A stretch of 32,000 nucleotides of DNA from Cuniculiplasma divulgatum (GCF_900083515.1 NZ_LT671858.1:630001-662000), one strand, 5' to 3'. Numbered from the stretch's first letter, positions 18,311 to 27,761 are shown. Numbers and translations are program-made. Notes: a model not told the origin generated them from the sequence alone.

Positions 18311-18988
18311 ATGATAAGGGACAAAAGATTTGTAGAGATCAAGAAAATTAATGAAAAAATTGATTCATACATTAGCATAAATTTAATATATTATACATCG
18401 GAAGCTAATGCCAAATCTAACCTTGCAATAAAAGAGACGGTATATCTAGATGGATTAGCCTTTTCATCGGCATTCATCTCAAATGTGAACAATAGTCTTG
18501 AAATTTTAAACCTTAAAACAAACGTTGAATCAACATCTATAACAAACGGAATAAAGATACATACAGAAAACGTAAATCCGGGACAAATTTTGTGCTGGAC
18601 AGATGAAGTAGGCGCGAATGGAGGTTTTGTTTTGTCTTTTAACAACATGAACACTCAGAGGCTGGTGGAATATATCGGTCTTCCCACTTCAGGTGGCGTT
18701 ACTGCAGTTTTGACTGGTTTAGTAGATAAAGCTGCACCCACAATCGCCATTGCATTAGGTGTCACAGCAGAATCACTTGAATTAGCTTTCTCAGTGGTAT
18801 TAGTAGTAATGGCAGTTACTGCCGCAATTCTCGAACTCACTAATGCTCTGGGCGGTTATCATGGAATCTATTTTGGAGTAGGATTTAGTGTGGTTAACCT
18901 CTGGTTCACAACAATCTACGTGCCTTATCCCCTCCTTAATTCCAACCCGGCTTCTGGATTCGTACCTGTATCAACACAGAGCGTTTGA
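18311..18988 (+). CDS. Hypothetical membrane-anchored protein, short relative of the 545-aa protein
   Basis: By-eye similarity of its N-domain to the 545-aa protein: DGLAFSSAFISNVNNS vs DSYGMSSSVAFQNMINAS, and CWTDEVGANGGFVLSFNN vs NWICDSN...NGYDALILSFGP. Shared IAIALG at the start of the hydrophobic C-terminal region. No signal peptide of its own. Confidence 0.55.
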   Translation: MIRDKRFVEIKKINEKIDSYISINLIYYTSEANAKSNLAIKETVYLDGLAFSSAFISNVNNSLEILNLKTNVESTSITNGIKIHTENVNPGQILCWTDEVGANGGFVLSFNNMNTQRLVEYIGLPTSGGVTAVLTGLVDKAAPTIAIALGVTAESLELAFSVVLVVMAVTAAILELTNALGGYHGIYFGVGFSVVNLWFTTIYVPYPLLNSNPASGFVPVSTQSV

Positions 18989-18993
18989 GAGGG

Positions 18994-19275
18994 ATGAACA
19001 TGGGAAAGGTAAATAATTTTATTAACCATTTCATAATACATATAAACTGGAACAAGAAGAATCTTGTTATTCTTGGAGTTCTGTTTACACCACCGACTCT
19101 ATACGAATTTTATAGCATTTATCAAGCTTTGGCTGGTAACACTCAATCACCTGCAGAAGTGTTAGCATTTCTGATTTGTATCTTTTTTACTTTGTACGGT
19201 CAAATTGGTGGTATAAAATTTATGGACAGACCATCACGAAAGCAGAGTGAAAGTAATAAAAGACACATCGGATGA
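18994..19275 (+). CDS. Small 2-TM membrane protein coupled to the 225-aa gene
   Basis: ATG 18994 lies 6 nt after the upstream TGA and is preceded by GAGAGGG; the listed TTG 18985 overlaps that stop. Two hydrophobic helices and a basic tail. Confidence 0.5.
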   Translation: MNMGKVNNFINHFIIHINWNKKNLVILGVLFTPPTLYEFYSIYQALAGNTQSPAEVLAFLICIFFTLYGQIGGIKFMDRPSRKQSESNKRHIG

Positions 19276-20149
19276 CCATGATGCGCTATACCTTGTGGCA
19301 AGAGTATTTACCTCTTTTTCTTTTCAATTATTAGATATATCCTTCTTGTTATATTCCTCAAGAACCCCTTTTGGACCAACATGCATCAAGGACACGTCAT
19401 GGAAGCCAATTTATGGGGAGAAATCAGATGTTGATTGAGATGCATATTTTACTAAATTGTTACCTAGAATAAAGAAACGCATATCCTACCACATCCCGAA
19501 GTATTGGAGGCACCTGATTCATAGATTGGTAATATGTGACATTCCTTCGAGAGTTCTTTCGCAGTCGCACCTTCCACTAGAGTGAAATCGGGAGGAAAAC
19601 TCCACACTTTTGACATACCAACTTTGAGTAGGTTAATTGTTAAATTTAGATTACTATTTATAGTCATGTTTCATTTATCCCTCTTATCTTTCCGTTTCGA
19701 AAGTTTAAAAGCATGCTTCATTTTTCAGCATTTCCTGAATTTGCCTGCACCACTTCACAGTTAAAAAAGGGATTTGAATTCAAACATACTAAATAATGTA
19801 GTGAAAATGAACCATTGGTTTGTATCATTTGGGTTAGGTAACCACTATCGGCATCTGAACCAAAATGTAATCTCATGATTTGTCACCAAAAGTTATAAAG
19901 TGTCATTTTGTAACGAGAATCGAACAAGTTATCTCCATCTGACTTAGGTTGGTTCTTACTAAAACAGTTCATTCTCACCCCCTTTGTGAAATTCCAATTA
20001 AGGCAGTCACGAGAAGAATACCCAAAAACTGTTTACATATGGTCTATATACGTTTGAACTTAAGTTGTTTTTCTAGCGGTCCACGGTGAGCTACATTAAG
20101 ACAACTCTTATATAAAAAAGTTAATGTAAGTATCACACTTAATGAAAGC

Positions 20150-20614
20150 GTGATAGTGGAAAGCGAAGATCTGAAGCAGCGAATACTGGATCAAAGACAT
20201 GCCAACTTCGAAGACTCTGTAACTTATAATCTAACATCTGTTTTAGATACCAGTAATATCTCTCATCTCGCTTCCGCTTTAGCCGAAGTCATATTTGATC
20301 AGGAAATCAGTAATTGGATAGCTGTCAATCAGAATAAGATAAAGTCTGTCCCAGGGCACACTGTTACTATTACGTTATCGGAACATAGTAAAAGGAAATT
20401 GAAAGTATTAAATAAAAAATTCTGGAAAAGAATTATGAAATTATTATTACATTCTGAACCAGGAATATTTTTTAGAAATACCATATCTAAGGCTATAAAT
20501 CAATCGACTTTTTTGCCTGCTCCTTGGGTCAAATATAGTGTCCTAAGAATTACAGTTAAAACGTGGGCCAAAAATGAGTTAAAAAAACTTAAGGGAAATA
20601 TTTTCATTCATTAA
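20150..20614 (+). CDS. Hypothetical protein, no recognisable motif
   Basis: 154-codon ORF with a GTG start and a basic C-terminal half. Coding status rests on ORF length only. Confidence 0.35.
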   Translation: MIVESEDLKQRILDQRHANFEDSVTYNLTSVLDTSNISHLASALAEVIFDQEISNWIAVNQNKIKSVPGHTVTITLSEHSKRKLKVLNKKFWKRIMKLLLHSEPGIFFRNTISKAINQSTFLPAPWVKYSVLRITVKTWAKNELKKLKGNIFIH

Positions 20615-20652
20615 TAAAAACATATTTCAATTAGGTGTTAGTACATCATTGG

Positions 20653-21059
20653 ATGCAATACAAGAGCACAGATGCTGATATTCCAGGACTCTTCAGGGTC
20701 ATACTTCCTGTAAACGATACAGAAATGGCCTATAAATTTTACTCGAAATTACTTATCATGTGAGGAAACCTGGTCTCTACTGGAGACATTACTTTCAATA
20801 TGGATATACCATACCTGCCTGTTTTGATCCAAAGAGAGACGGCGATAATTTTGAGTTACCACCAAATCCGGATCATATTTACTTTTCAGTCAAGAATCTC
20901 AATGATGTCTTTAAGAGAGCACAGGAACTGGGTGCCATGTTTTCTGATGGAATCGCAAAAAGACCCTGGGGAGAAATTTCATCCTATCTAAAGGACCCCT
21001 TTGGAAATAAAATCTGTTTCGTTCAAGAGGAAACAGTATTTCGAGGAAATGATATTTAG
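20653..21059 (+). pseudogene. Glyoxalase/VOC-family protein split by a 1-nt frameshift
   Basis: N-terminal piece MQYKSTDADIPGLFRVILPVNDTEMAYKFYSKLLIM* (20653-20763) carries the typical VOC beta1-alpha1 pattern. The rest (20760-21059, ...HIYFSVKNLNDVFKRAQELGAMFSDGIAKRPWGEISSYLKDPFGNKICFVQ) continues in the adjacent frame. Confidence 0.6.
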
Positions 21060-21134
21060 AAAATATCACTAATAGTATATCTAACTAAAACTCATTATTA
21101 ACCCACAATCTCGTGTTTTAAACATAAAAGGAAA

Positions 21135-21207
21135 TGGGCCTGGCCGGATTCGAACCGGCGGTCTTCGCTGTGTGAGAGCGACGTCATAACCACTGGACTA
21201 CAAGCCC
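21135..21207 (-). tRNA. tRNA-Val (anticodon CAC)
   Basis: The reverse complement folds as a cloverleaf. Acceptor GGGCTTG/CAGGCCC, anticodon stem TCGCT/AGCGA with loop CTCACAC, T arm GCCGG-TTCGAAT-CCGGC, discriminator A. No encoded CCA. Confidence 0.9.
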
Positions 21208-21325
21208 ATAAAAGGGTTAATGCTCGAATGTGTTTAAATTTTGTTAAACCATTCATAAAATTCGTTTGCTATATAACGATAACCAGAAATCAGAATATTA
21301 ATAAATTGTTGCACATTATTTCACT

Positions 21326-22954
21326 ATGAAAGACAAGTTCAATGAAATCTTTAGAAGCAAGGGGATCAATTATTTAAGTGAAGATGTACCACTATCAGAA
21401 TTCCTGAAATTCTTTGACTTTCATGGTGATTATGATCTTTTGGATCTGGGTGAATATGTTTCAAGTGAACTCATAGAAATAATGGATTTTGTCGATCACC
21501 ATGGGAAGCCTGAACTCATTATGTGGAATCTTGATGGAAAGAGGATAGATTATGTAAGACTATCACCTGAGCACAGAAGGGCTCTTAAAAAATTGCAGGA
21601 TTTTGGAGTTGTCACAAAAAGTGTTTCTGGCAAACAGCCATGGATGTACCATTTTGTATCCGGTTATCTTATTTCTGATTCAGGAATTTTCTGCAGCTTA
21701 ACACTTACCGCACAGACAGCTTATGCGTTAAAAAAATATTTTAAAGGAAAGGAGAAGTTCTCTGATAATTATCTGAATAAAAATGATCCATGGTATGGTG
21801 CAACCTTTTATAGCGAAACGCAGGGAGGCAGTGATCTTGGTGCAAATAAAACGAAGGCTATTGAAACAGAAAAAGGATGGGTTCTAAATGGATCAGATAA
21901 ATATTTTGCCAGCAATGCTGGAATAGCTGATGGTGCCATAGTTACTGCGATGACAGGAGATAAAGGAATAAGATCACTGGAAACGTTCTTCGTTCCTGCA
22001 ATTAGGAAGTCTGGTGATCTTAATTTTAACATAAGAAGGTTGAAAAACAAACTTGGCACAATAGCTGTACCCAGTGGAGAAGTTGAGTTCTTGGAATCAG
22101 AGGCTTACCTGATTGGAGAAAGGGGGAGGGGAATATACTACGCCATGGAGATTTTAACCATTTCAAGAGTGGACGATGCTCTGGCAGCGGTTGGAATTGC
22201 AAGAAAGTCATTTTGGGAAGCATATCTATTTACAGAAAGAAGATCATCCTTCGGAAAGAAACTTAACGAACATCCACTCATGAAGAAGGATTTGATAACG
22301 CTGGAAGCTGAACTCGAGGCCTCTCTCATTATATCGTTATATGCGGCCCATCTATTCTCAGAATCATCTCATATAACACCACCATACAATGACACTTACA
22401 ATTACGCCAGGTTCATCACGCACATTGCGAAGAATATGGCAGCCTGGGCATCTGACCATATTACACAATACTCAATGGAGATCTTTGGTGGCATAGGTTT
22501 CTTTGAGGAATTTCCAATGTCAAAGTTTCACAGGGATGCGCTTGTAACTTCAATTTGGGAGGGTACAAGCAATATTCAGGCTCTGGATATGTTGGAGACA
22601 ATCATGAAGAAAGGAGTTGCAACAATCTTCTTTAACGACCTGAAAACAAGGAAGGAAAAGGTAAAAGATTTAAAAATGAAAGAAAAAATCGAAGAAAGAA
22701 TAAAATTTGTAGAGAATCAATTTAACAGCCTGATGAAAAGTGATTCTCTGGAGATGAATTCGAAGGACCTTTTGAAGCTCTTTGGTCAGACACTTTCCCT
22801 AACACTTCTAGCACAGGCCGGATCTGAGATCGGAAGTGAAAGGCTTTTGGGGGTCTCCAAAGTTTACGATATAATAGCCTTTGAACCTAGCATGATTCAG
22901 TATGAGGAGATATTACAAAAAATGGAACTGGTAAAGTGGATGCATAAGAACTAA
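21326..22954 (+). CDS. Acyl-CoA dehydrogenase family protein, AidB-like
   Basis: YSETQGGSDLGANKT, GERGRGIYYAMEIL, EIFGGIGFFEEFPMSKFHRDALVTSIWEGTSNIQALD. Confidence 0.85.
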   Translation: MKDKFNEIFRSKGINYLSEDVPLSEFLKFFDFHGDYDLLDLGEYVSSELIEIMDFVDHHGKPELIMWNLDGKRIDYVRLSPEHRRALKKLQDFGVVTKSVSGKQPWMYHFVSGYLISDSGIFCSLTLTAQTAYALKKYFKGKEKFSDNYLNKNDPWYGATFYSETQGGSDLGANKTKAIETEKGWVLNGSDKYFASNAGIADGAIVTAMTGDKGIRSLETFFVPAIRKSGDLNFNIRRLKNKLGTIAVPSGEVEFLESEAYLIGERGRGIYYAMEILTISRVDDALAAVGIARKSFWEAYLFTERRSSFGKKLNEHPLMKKDLITLEAELEASLIISLYAAHLFSESSHITPPYNDTYNYARFITHIAKNMAAWASDHITQYSMEIFGGIGFFEEFPMSKFHRDALVTSIWEGTSNIQALDMLETIMKKGVATIFFNDLKTRKEKVKDLKMKEKIEERIKFVENQFNSLMKSDSLEMNSKDLLKLFGQTLSLTLLAQAGSEIGSERLLGVSKVYDIIAFEPSMIQYEEILQKMELVKWMHKN

Positions 22955-23327
22955 ATTGGTACTTCCATTTATTCAGGAACCTTGTCTCTAATAATAGAAA
23001 ATTATATTGAGATCTACTAGAATCACTGTAAGCTTTGTTAAATTCAAAAAAGTGGCGCCATCCATCACGAATAGGGATTACTTTCTGGTTTTAGGCTGGA
23101 AGTTCAGTATAACACTCTATGCTTGTTACATCTTAAATATTTTAGGAAAAGAATATTAAAATTATGAAGTATTTAAAAAATGAGTTAAATGATATTAAAG
23201 TATAAAATATGGAAATAATAAATCTTACTTAATATTCATTTAAATCTTGGCCAGTGGGATGTAACTCTATATATAAGCTACGAGAATTAAAATACGGTAT
23301 TTCAATCATCCACCATAAGTGTTTTTC

Positions 23328-24626
23328 ATGCTACCAAATCTTATCAATGATCTATGGGTTTTACTTGCGAGCTTACTTGTATTCACTATGACTATTTCTG
23401 TAGGGTTTCTAGAAATTGGAGAGCTAAACCACAAACTTGACAGAAGTCTGTATAAGACTCTAATAATAACTGGATTTTCGTTATTTTTTATGGGATTGAT
23501 TGGCTTTAACATTGCTTTTGCACCAACTATTGGTGGGGTAATCGGCAATCCATTTTACAGTAACATTTTCATGGGTCTATTTTCTACAAACCTCTCGGGT
23601 GGTCTATCAGGTGTCTTCTGGCTTACTGGGAGAAATTTTTTTGACACTGGGCTCTCTACAGGGACATACTTTCTTTTTGAAACGGCATTCGCATCCGTAA
23701 CTCTTGCTCTGGTTGGAGTTGTAGTTCTTAGAAAAATGAAGATGTCTGCCTTCATTTTATTTTCAATTATTTATTTTATATTTATATATACTCTTCCGGC
23801 TGCATGGATTTGGAATCCCACTGGATGGTTATACTTGATGGGCGTCCGTGATTTTGCAGGTGGTCTAGTTGTTCATGGCGCTGCGGGATTTGCAGCACTG
23901 GCTATACTTGTAAGAATATGGCAGGAAGAAAAGAAAAAAGGGCTCAAGCAGTCTAAAATAGAACATGCAAGCTTAAATTCTGGATGGTTGACACTGGCAA
24001 TCATTTTACTATGGGTCGGATGGTTTGGATTTAATCCTGGAAGTGAACTTGCATTTACCAGTGAGACAGTCATGGTAGTTATAACAACCTTCCTGGCAGC
24101 TGCATCCGCAATGGTATCAACCTTGGGAACAAAATTCTTAATTTCAAAACATGATCCTGGATTAATATATGGCGTAAATGGTGTTTTAATGGGCCTAATT
24201 GTCATAACTCCACTCGCAGGATATGTTAGTCCAGGGAGTGCAGTTATTCTTGGTTTAATTAGTGGGCCAATATTTGTATATGCAGAAAAATTACTTTCAA
24301 GACCAAAGTGGTATAGTGACCCAGTAGGCGTATTACCAGGACATTTGGTTGGTGGTGTTTTCGGTCTTCTTATGATTGCCTTCTTTACACAAACAGCATT
24401 TGCAACTGCGTCAGGGGCATCAAATCTCCCTAATGGAATATTATTCGGAGGAGGTATAATGGCATTACATCAGTTTGGATTTGAAGCTTTTGCAGTAGCT
24501 GTAGTAGGGATTTTCGTTTTTACAGCATCTTATCTTTCAGTATTTGCCATAAGTAAATTACTGAAAGGGATGCTTCAGGAAAATGAATATACAGATCAAA
24601 TTATAAACAACACAACGAAACCATAA
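23328..24626 (+). CDS. amt: Ammonium transporter (Amt/MEP family)
   Basis: About eleven TM helices with family signatures DFAGGLVVHGAAGFAALA and VGWFGFNPGSE. ATG at 23328 is preferred over the listed GTG at 23319. Confidence 0.92.
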   Translation: MLPNLINDLWVLLASLLVFTMTISVGFLEIGELNHKLDRSLYKTLIITGFSLFFMGLIGFNIAFAPTIGGVIGNPFYSNIFMGLFSTNLSGGLSGVFWLTGRNFFDTGLSTGTYFLFETAFASVTLALVGVVVLRKMKMSAFILFSIIYFIFIYTLPAAWIWNPTGWLYLMGVRDFAGGLVVHGAAGFAALAILVRIWQEEKKKGLKQSKIEHASLNSGWLTLAIILLWVGWFGFNPGSELAFTSETVMVVITTFLAAASAMVSTLGTKFLISKHDPGLIYGVNGVLMGLIVITPLAGYVSPGSAVILGLISGPIFVYAEKLLSRPKWYSDPVGVLPGHLVGGVFGLLMIAFFTQTAFATASGASNLPNGILFGGGIMALHQFGFEAFAVAVVGIFVFTASYLSVFAISKLLKGMLQENEYTDQIINNTTKP

Positions 24627-24946
24627 ATATTTTTATTTTTTAAAACAAATAGCTTTAGGAGGAATCACACTAAAAAAGAAGAATCATATTTGAAGTTTGA
24701 AGGGATTGGCTTACTTACTCAATAACACGTTATAATCGCATAAATGAGTAGGACGTAGTGTTATATAATTTAGTGTTCAGTTGTAGGATGCGGCCTTATA
24801 TAAGAGCAATATATTTTCACATCATATGTATAAACCTATTCTATTAGATACTAAAATTCAGTTACTTTTCATATGAAAGGAACCCACATATTTTAACGAA
24901 ATACAGGCAAAAATAAATATAGATTGGTATCTTACCTGATTACCAA

Positions 24947-25021
24947 GCTCTGATGGTGTAGCCAGGCCAAGCATACCGGCCTTTCAAGCCGGCGACTCGG
25001 GTCCAAATCCCGGTCAGAGCA
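24947..25021 (+). tRNA. tRNA-Glu (anticodon TTC); integration target
   Basis: Acceptor GCTCTGA/TCAGAGC, anticodon stem CCGGC/GCCGG with loop CTTTCAA, T arm TCGGG-TCCAAAT-CCCGG, discriminator A. Confidence 0.9.
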
Positions 25022-25022
25022 T
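25011..25022 (+). repeat. att core, tRNA-proximal copy (attL/attR)
   Basis: CGGTCAGAGCAT, the last 11 nt of tRNA-Glu plus 1 nt. Identical to 31446-31457. Confidence 0.72.
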
Positions 25023-25513
25023 ACAATCATTAGGTATAGTTTACGCCAATTAAGGTTAAAGTTGGTATATAAAGAATAATTAAATAAGGTCATTAATATA
25101 TTTGTAAACGCTGATCTGTGGTTAATTTTATTTTTTTATTTAGGTTATTTTTTTACTTCTTATAGTGTTAGAGATATAAGAGATCATTTCAGACCCATGC
25201 CATTTATGACACTAGTACATGATAAAGTCAGAATATTGCCTAATATACTATAGAAAACGATAAGAAACCTTACAGAAATAATTACTTCGTATAGTATACT
25301 GATCTACCAGAATGTATGTTAGAGAATTACTTAATATAGATATAGGAAAGTCATGCAGATTTCCTTACAGACTATTACGATTATTATATAGCACTAATTT
25401 AAAAACGATTTAAGGATAGTCCTTTTTGGTCATGGTAAAATTATATCACAGACCTGTTGGAGAAGCCTTCTACCTATAGCATTGATAGGTCTATCTTTTA
25501 GGATCAGATAAAG

Positions 25514-25681
25514 TTAGTTTCTAATGCTGATTTGTTCGATTGCTTTCTTATAGACTTCTTTATGAACGTATTTGTAGTGTGAGATGGATTTTATTTCTTT
25601 GTTACAGATGGTACAATAGAATCCTGACCTTATATCGCCTGAGAGGACATGCAGACGCCTGTACTGGAAATTCTTTCCCAT
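25514..25681 (-). CDS. Small zinc-finger protein (55 aa, unlisted), C2H2-like
   Basis: MGKNFQYRRLHVLSGDIRSGFYCTICNKEIKSISHYKYVHKEVYKKAIEQISIRN, with spacing CxxC-x8-H-x4-H. Its ATG overlaps the upstream stop (TAATG). Confidence 0.5.
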   Translation of the reverse strand: MGKNFQYRRLHVLSGDIRSGFYCTICNKEIKSISHYKYVHKEVYKKAIEQISIRN

Positions 25682-25959
25682 TACAGACCCCTTTCTGAAA
25701 AATCGCCCGATGGTTCTGGATGCTTGTCAGATTTTTCAATGATCTTCTTTGCATTTTTTATAGAATCGTCTTCGGATTTTTTTATTTGTTTTTCGTACCT
25801 TTCTTCTGGATCATTAAACCCAATTTTCTTTATTTTCCTGCAATAGCTTCTATGAAATGTGCCTGACCTGTCCCTGTATGATTCCACGTATTCGTAGCCC
25901 AGTGGACAGCGTCCCTGTTCATATGTTTCTGAGTATTTCTTAAAAACCAAGATTTTCAC
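25681..25959 (-). CDS. Element-encoded hypothetical protein (92 aa)
   Basis: ORF in the coupled minus-strand module with a GTG start overlapping the upstream gene. K/E-rich C-terminal half. Confidence 0.5.
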   Translation of the reverse strand: MKILVFKKYSETYEQGRCPLGYEYVESYRDRSGTFHRSYCRKIKKIGFNDPEERYEKQIKKSEDDSIKNAKKIIEKSDKHPEPSGDFSERGL

Positions 25960-26281
25960 CTACCTTCAATTGTTCCAGATCAGTAGGATCTGGTTCCCTT
26001 CCCCGATCTTTTGCGTACTGAATTTCAAATCTTAATGACTTCATAACATGGTAGTTGTGTATCATTCTGTCTAGTATGATTTGATAAACTTCCCTGTCAA
26101 AGACCATGTTTGGTGGTAAGTAATAGTCTATTGCCTTTTGTGGAATATATTTCCTTGCAAATCTTATAGCATTACTATTGTATAAGTCGATGTCATTCAT
26201 GCAACTTATTACTATTAATTCCTTAAAGTCCTTTTGTTCCTGACTAAGTTTCCTATCAATATTATCTATACCTATGTTCAT
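25940..26281 (-). CDS. Element-encoded hypothetical protein (113 aa)
   Basis: ATG lies 1 nt after the NTPase stop (TAAAATG). No recognisable motif. Confidence 0.55.
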   Translation of the reverse strand: MNIGIDNIDRKLSQEQKDFKELIVISCMNDIDLYNSNAIRFARKYIPQKAIDYYLPPNMVFDREVYQIILDRMIHNYHVMKSLRFEIQYAKDRGREPDPTDLEQLKVGENLGF

Positions 26282-26282
26282 T

Positions 26283-27410
26283 TTACACCCCCTTATTTTG
26301 TACCAAATTCCTTAAAGAATTTGGATTTTTACCCCTTCTATCATCGGTTCTATCTTCCGTGCTTTCTTCAGTGCTAGTATGCTTATCCTTTTTGATTAAA
26401 GTATTTTGAAGGTCATCTAACTGTCGCATGTTGTGTATCCTTCTTTTTCTTTCATAGTCTTCTATTAGAGATGGTCTTGGTAAAGGAAAGTAGACGCTTC
26501 TAATAATGGTCTTTCCCTTAGTGAATGGTATAAGTTGGATATCTTTGCCATCGTCTGTAAGGACTGGAATATATGGACTGAATTCGCCCTGTCTTTGATC
26601 TTCTGTGTGGTCGAAGATGATGTCAATCATTAACCTGATGGACTTATCTAAGAAGTTTATGTTTGGTAGTGAGAAAATACTACAGTGTTGCAAGTACCTG
26701 ATGGATTGGATGACCTTACCTAATGCTTTGCTTTCTTTGGTCATGCTATCCCGATTTCCTGAGGTAATGCCTGCTTCGTCCATAATCACGGTATGTCCTG
26801 CAGGTAAGGTCTTTACTGCTTCAATAAAATCTTCGATGGAATAGACCATGCTTGCGAGGTCATAACCTGTTTGCATATCTGGAGTAAGGTAATCTGCTAC
26901 AGATAAAGACCCATAGGATTTGCCCCCGCCGACTTTTCCAGAGAAGAGAATGACCAAATTTCTATTTTCCCTTAGACGCCTACGGAAGAGGTCATAAACC
27001 AATTGCCTTCCATCGTAGTCATATGTAAATGAATAAACTTCCCTTTTGATAGGTTCTGGTCTTTCGTCTGTCCTGGTCAGACCTAAATCATATGCTAAAT
27101 TTTCCAATAATTCCTTACGTTGCTTTGCTTCTTCCGTGTTCATTTCCCAATGATTCAGATATGGATCACCGTAGTTAAAATTAAGATTTTTCACATTGGA
27201 ATCATAGGTATTTAGAATGTCTTTGAAGCCCCTGGACTGTGCCCGTGCCATCTGTTCAAAGATAGCCATTTCAGGAAACTGACCTTTTGTAAAGCTTCCA
27301 TTGATCCTTAGTTCGTATGAGAATTCTTCATTCATTTTTATGTACTGCTGGAAGATGACTGAGTTAATCGGAATACGATGCAAATCAGCTTCATTACTGG
27401 ATATGTCCAT
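26283..27410 (-). CDS. P-loop NTPase (Zot/assembly- or replication-type ATPase of mobile elements)
   Basis: Walker A LFSGKVGGGKSYGS and Walker B HTVIMDEAGI, followed by SIRYLQHCSIFSLPNINFLDKSIRLMID. This resembles the post-Walker-B region of Zot-like NTPases. Confidence 0.8.
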   Translation of the reverse strand: MDISSNEADLHRIPINSVIFQQYIKMNEEFSYELRINGSFTKGQFPEMAIFEQMARAQSRGFKDILNTYDSNVKNLNFNYGDPYLNHWEMNTEEAKQRKELLENLAYDLGLTRTDERPEPIKREVYSFTYDYDGRQLVYDLFRRRLRENRNLVILFSGKVGGGKSYGSLSVADYLTPDMQTGYDLASMVYSIEDFIEAVKTLPAGHTVIMDEAGITSGNRDSMTKESKALGKVIQSIRYLQHCSIFSLPNINFLDKSIRLMIDIIFDHTEDQRQGEFSPYIPVLTDDGKDIQLIPFTKGKTIIRSVYFPLPRPSLIEDYERKRRIHNMRQLDDLQNTLIKKDKHTSTEESTEDRTDDRRGKNPNSLRNLVQNKGV

Positions 27411-27471
27411 ATAATTACATGTAGTTTTAAATTTTAAACCTTTCGTACAATATTAACTGAGGATGTAGTAA

Positions 27472-27531
27472 TTTACCGAATCTTTCCGAAACATTACCGA
27501 AAATATGCCGTAAAATCCCGATTCCTTCCGA
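27472..27531. promoter_or_regulatory. Array of six helically phased T(T/A)CCGAAA-type iterons upstream of the NTPase operon
   Basis: CCG(A/T) cores begin at 27475, 27485, 27496, 27507, 27517 and 27527, giving spacings of 10, 11, 11, 10 and 10 bp. Further inverted copies (TCGG/CCGA) lie at 27584, 27642, 27656 and 27706, plus a TTTTGAT x3 run at 27588-27607. Confidence 0.65.
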
Positions 27532-27761
27532 AAAATATTTTAAAAAAACCCATTAAGAAATATATTGCACATACACGCGAGGATCGGATTTTTGATTTTT
27601 GATTTTTCAGATTGAGATTGTTCTTTGGCCTGGATATCAATCCGATGTATCCTTTCCGATTTAGTAGTGTTATTTTTTCCTGATTAGTTAGGTTCTTTCG
27701 ATTTATCGGATATACGATCTACTTATCATGGTGTTTGGTTTATGGTATTCTTATTTTCCAT

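Noticed and set aside
19247-19764. Three overlapping 60-67-aa ORFs on both strands
   Set aside because: They are mutually exclusive, have no motifs, no coupling signals and poor composition. I treated the region as non-coding or decayed.
19895-19925. GAGAATCGAACAAG resembling a tRNA T-arm (possible att remnant of tRNA-Val)
   Set aside because: It has two mismatches to the GGATTCGAACC core and no adjacent acceptor-stem match to tRNA-Val.
20800-20991. Listed 63-aa ORF overlapping the VOC gene in another frame
   Set aside because: The overlapping frame 20760-21059 has clear VOC-family sequence, whereas this frame has none.
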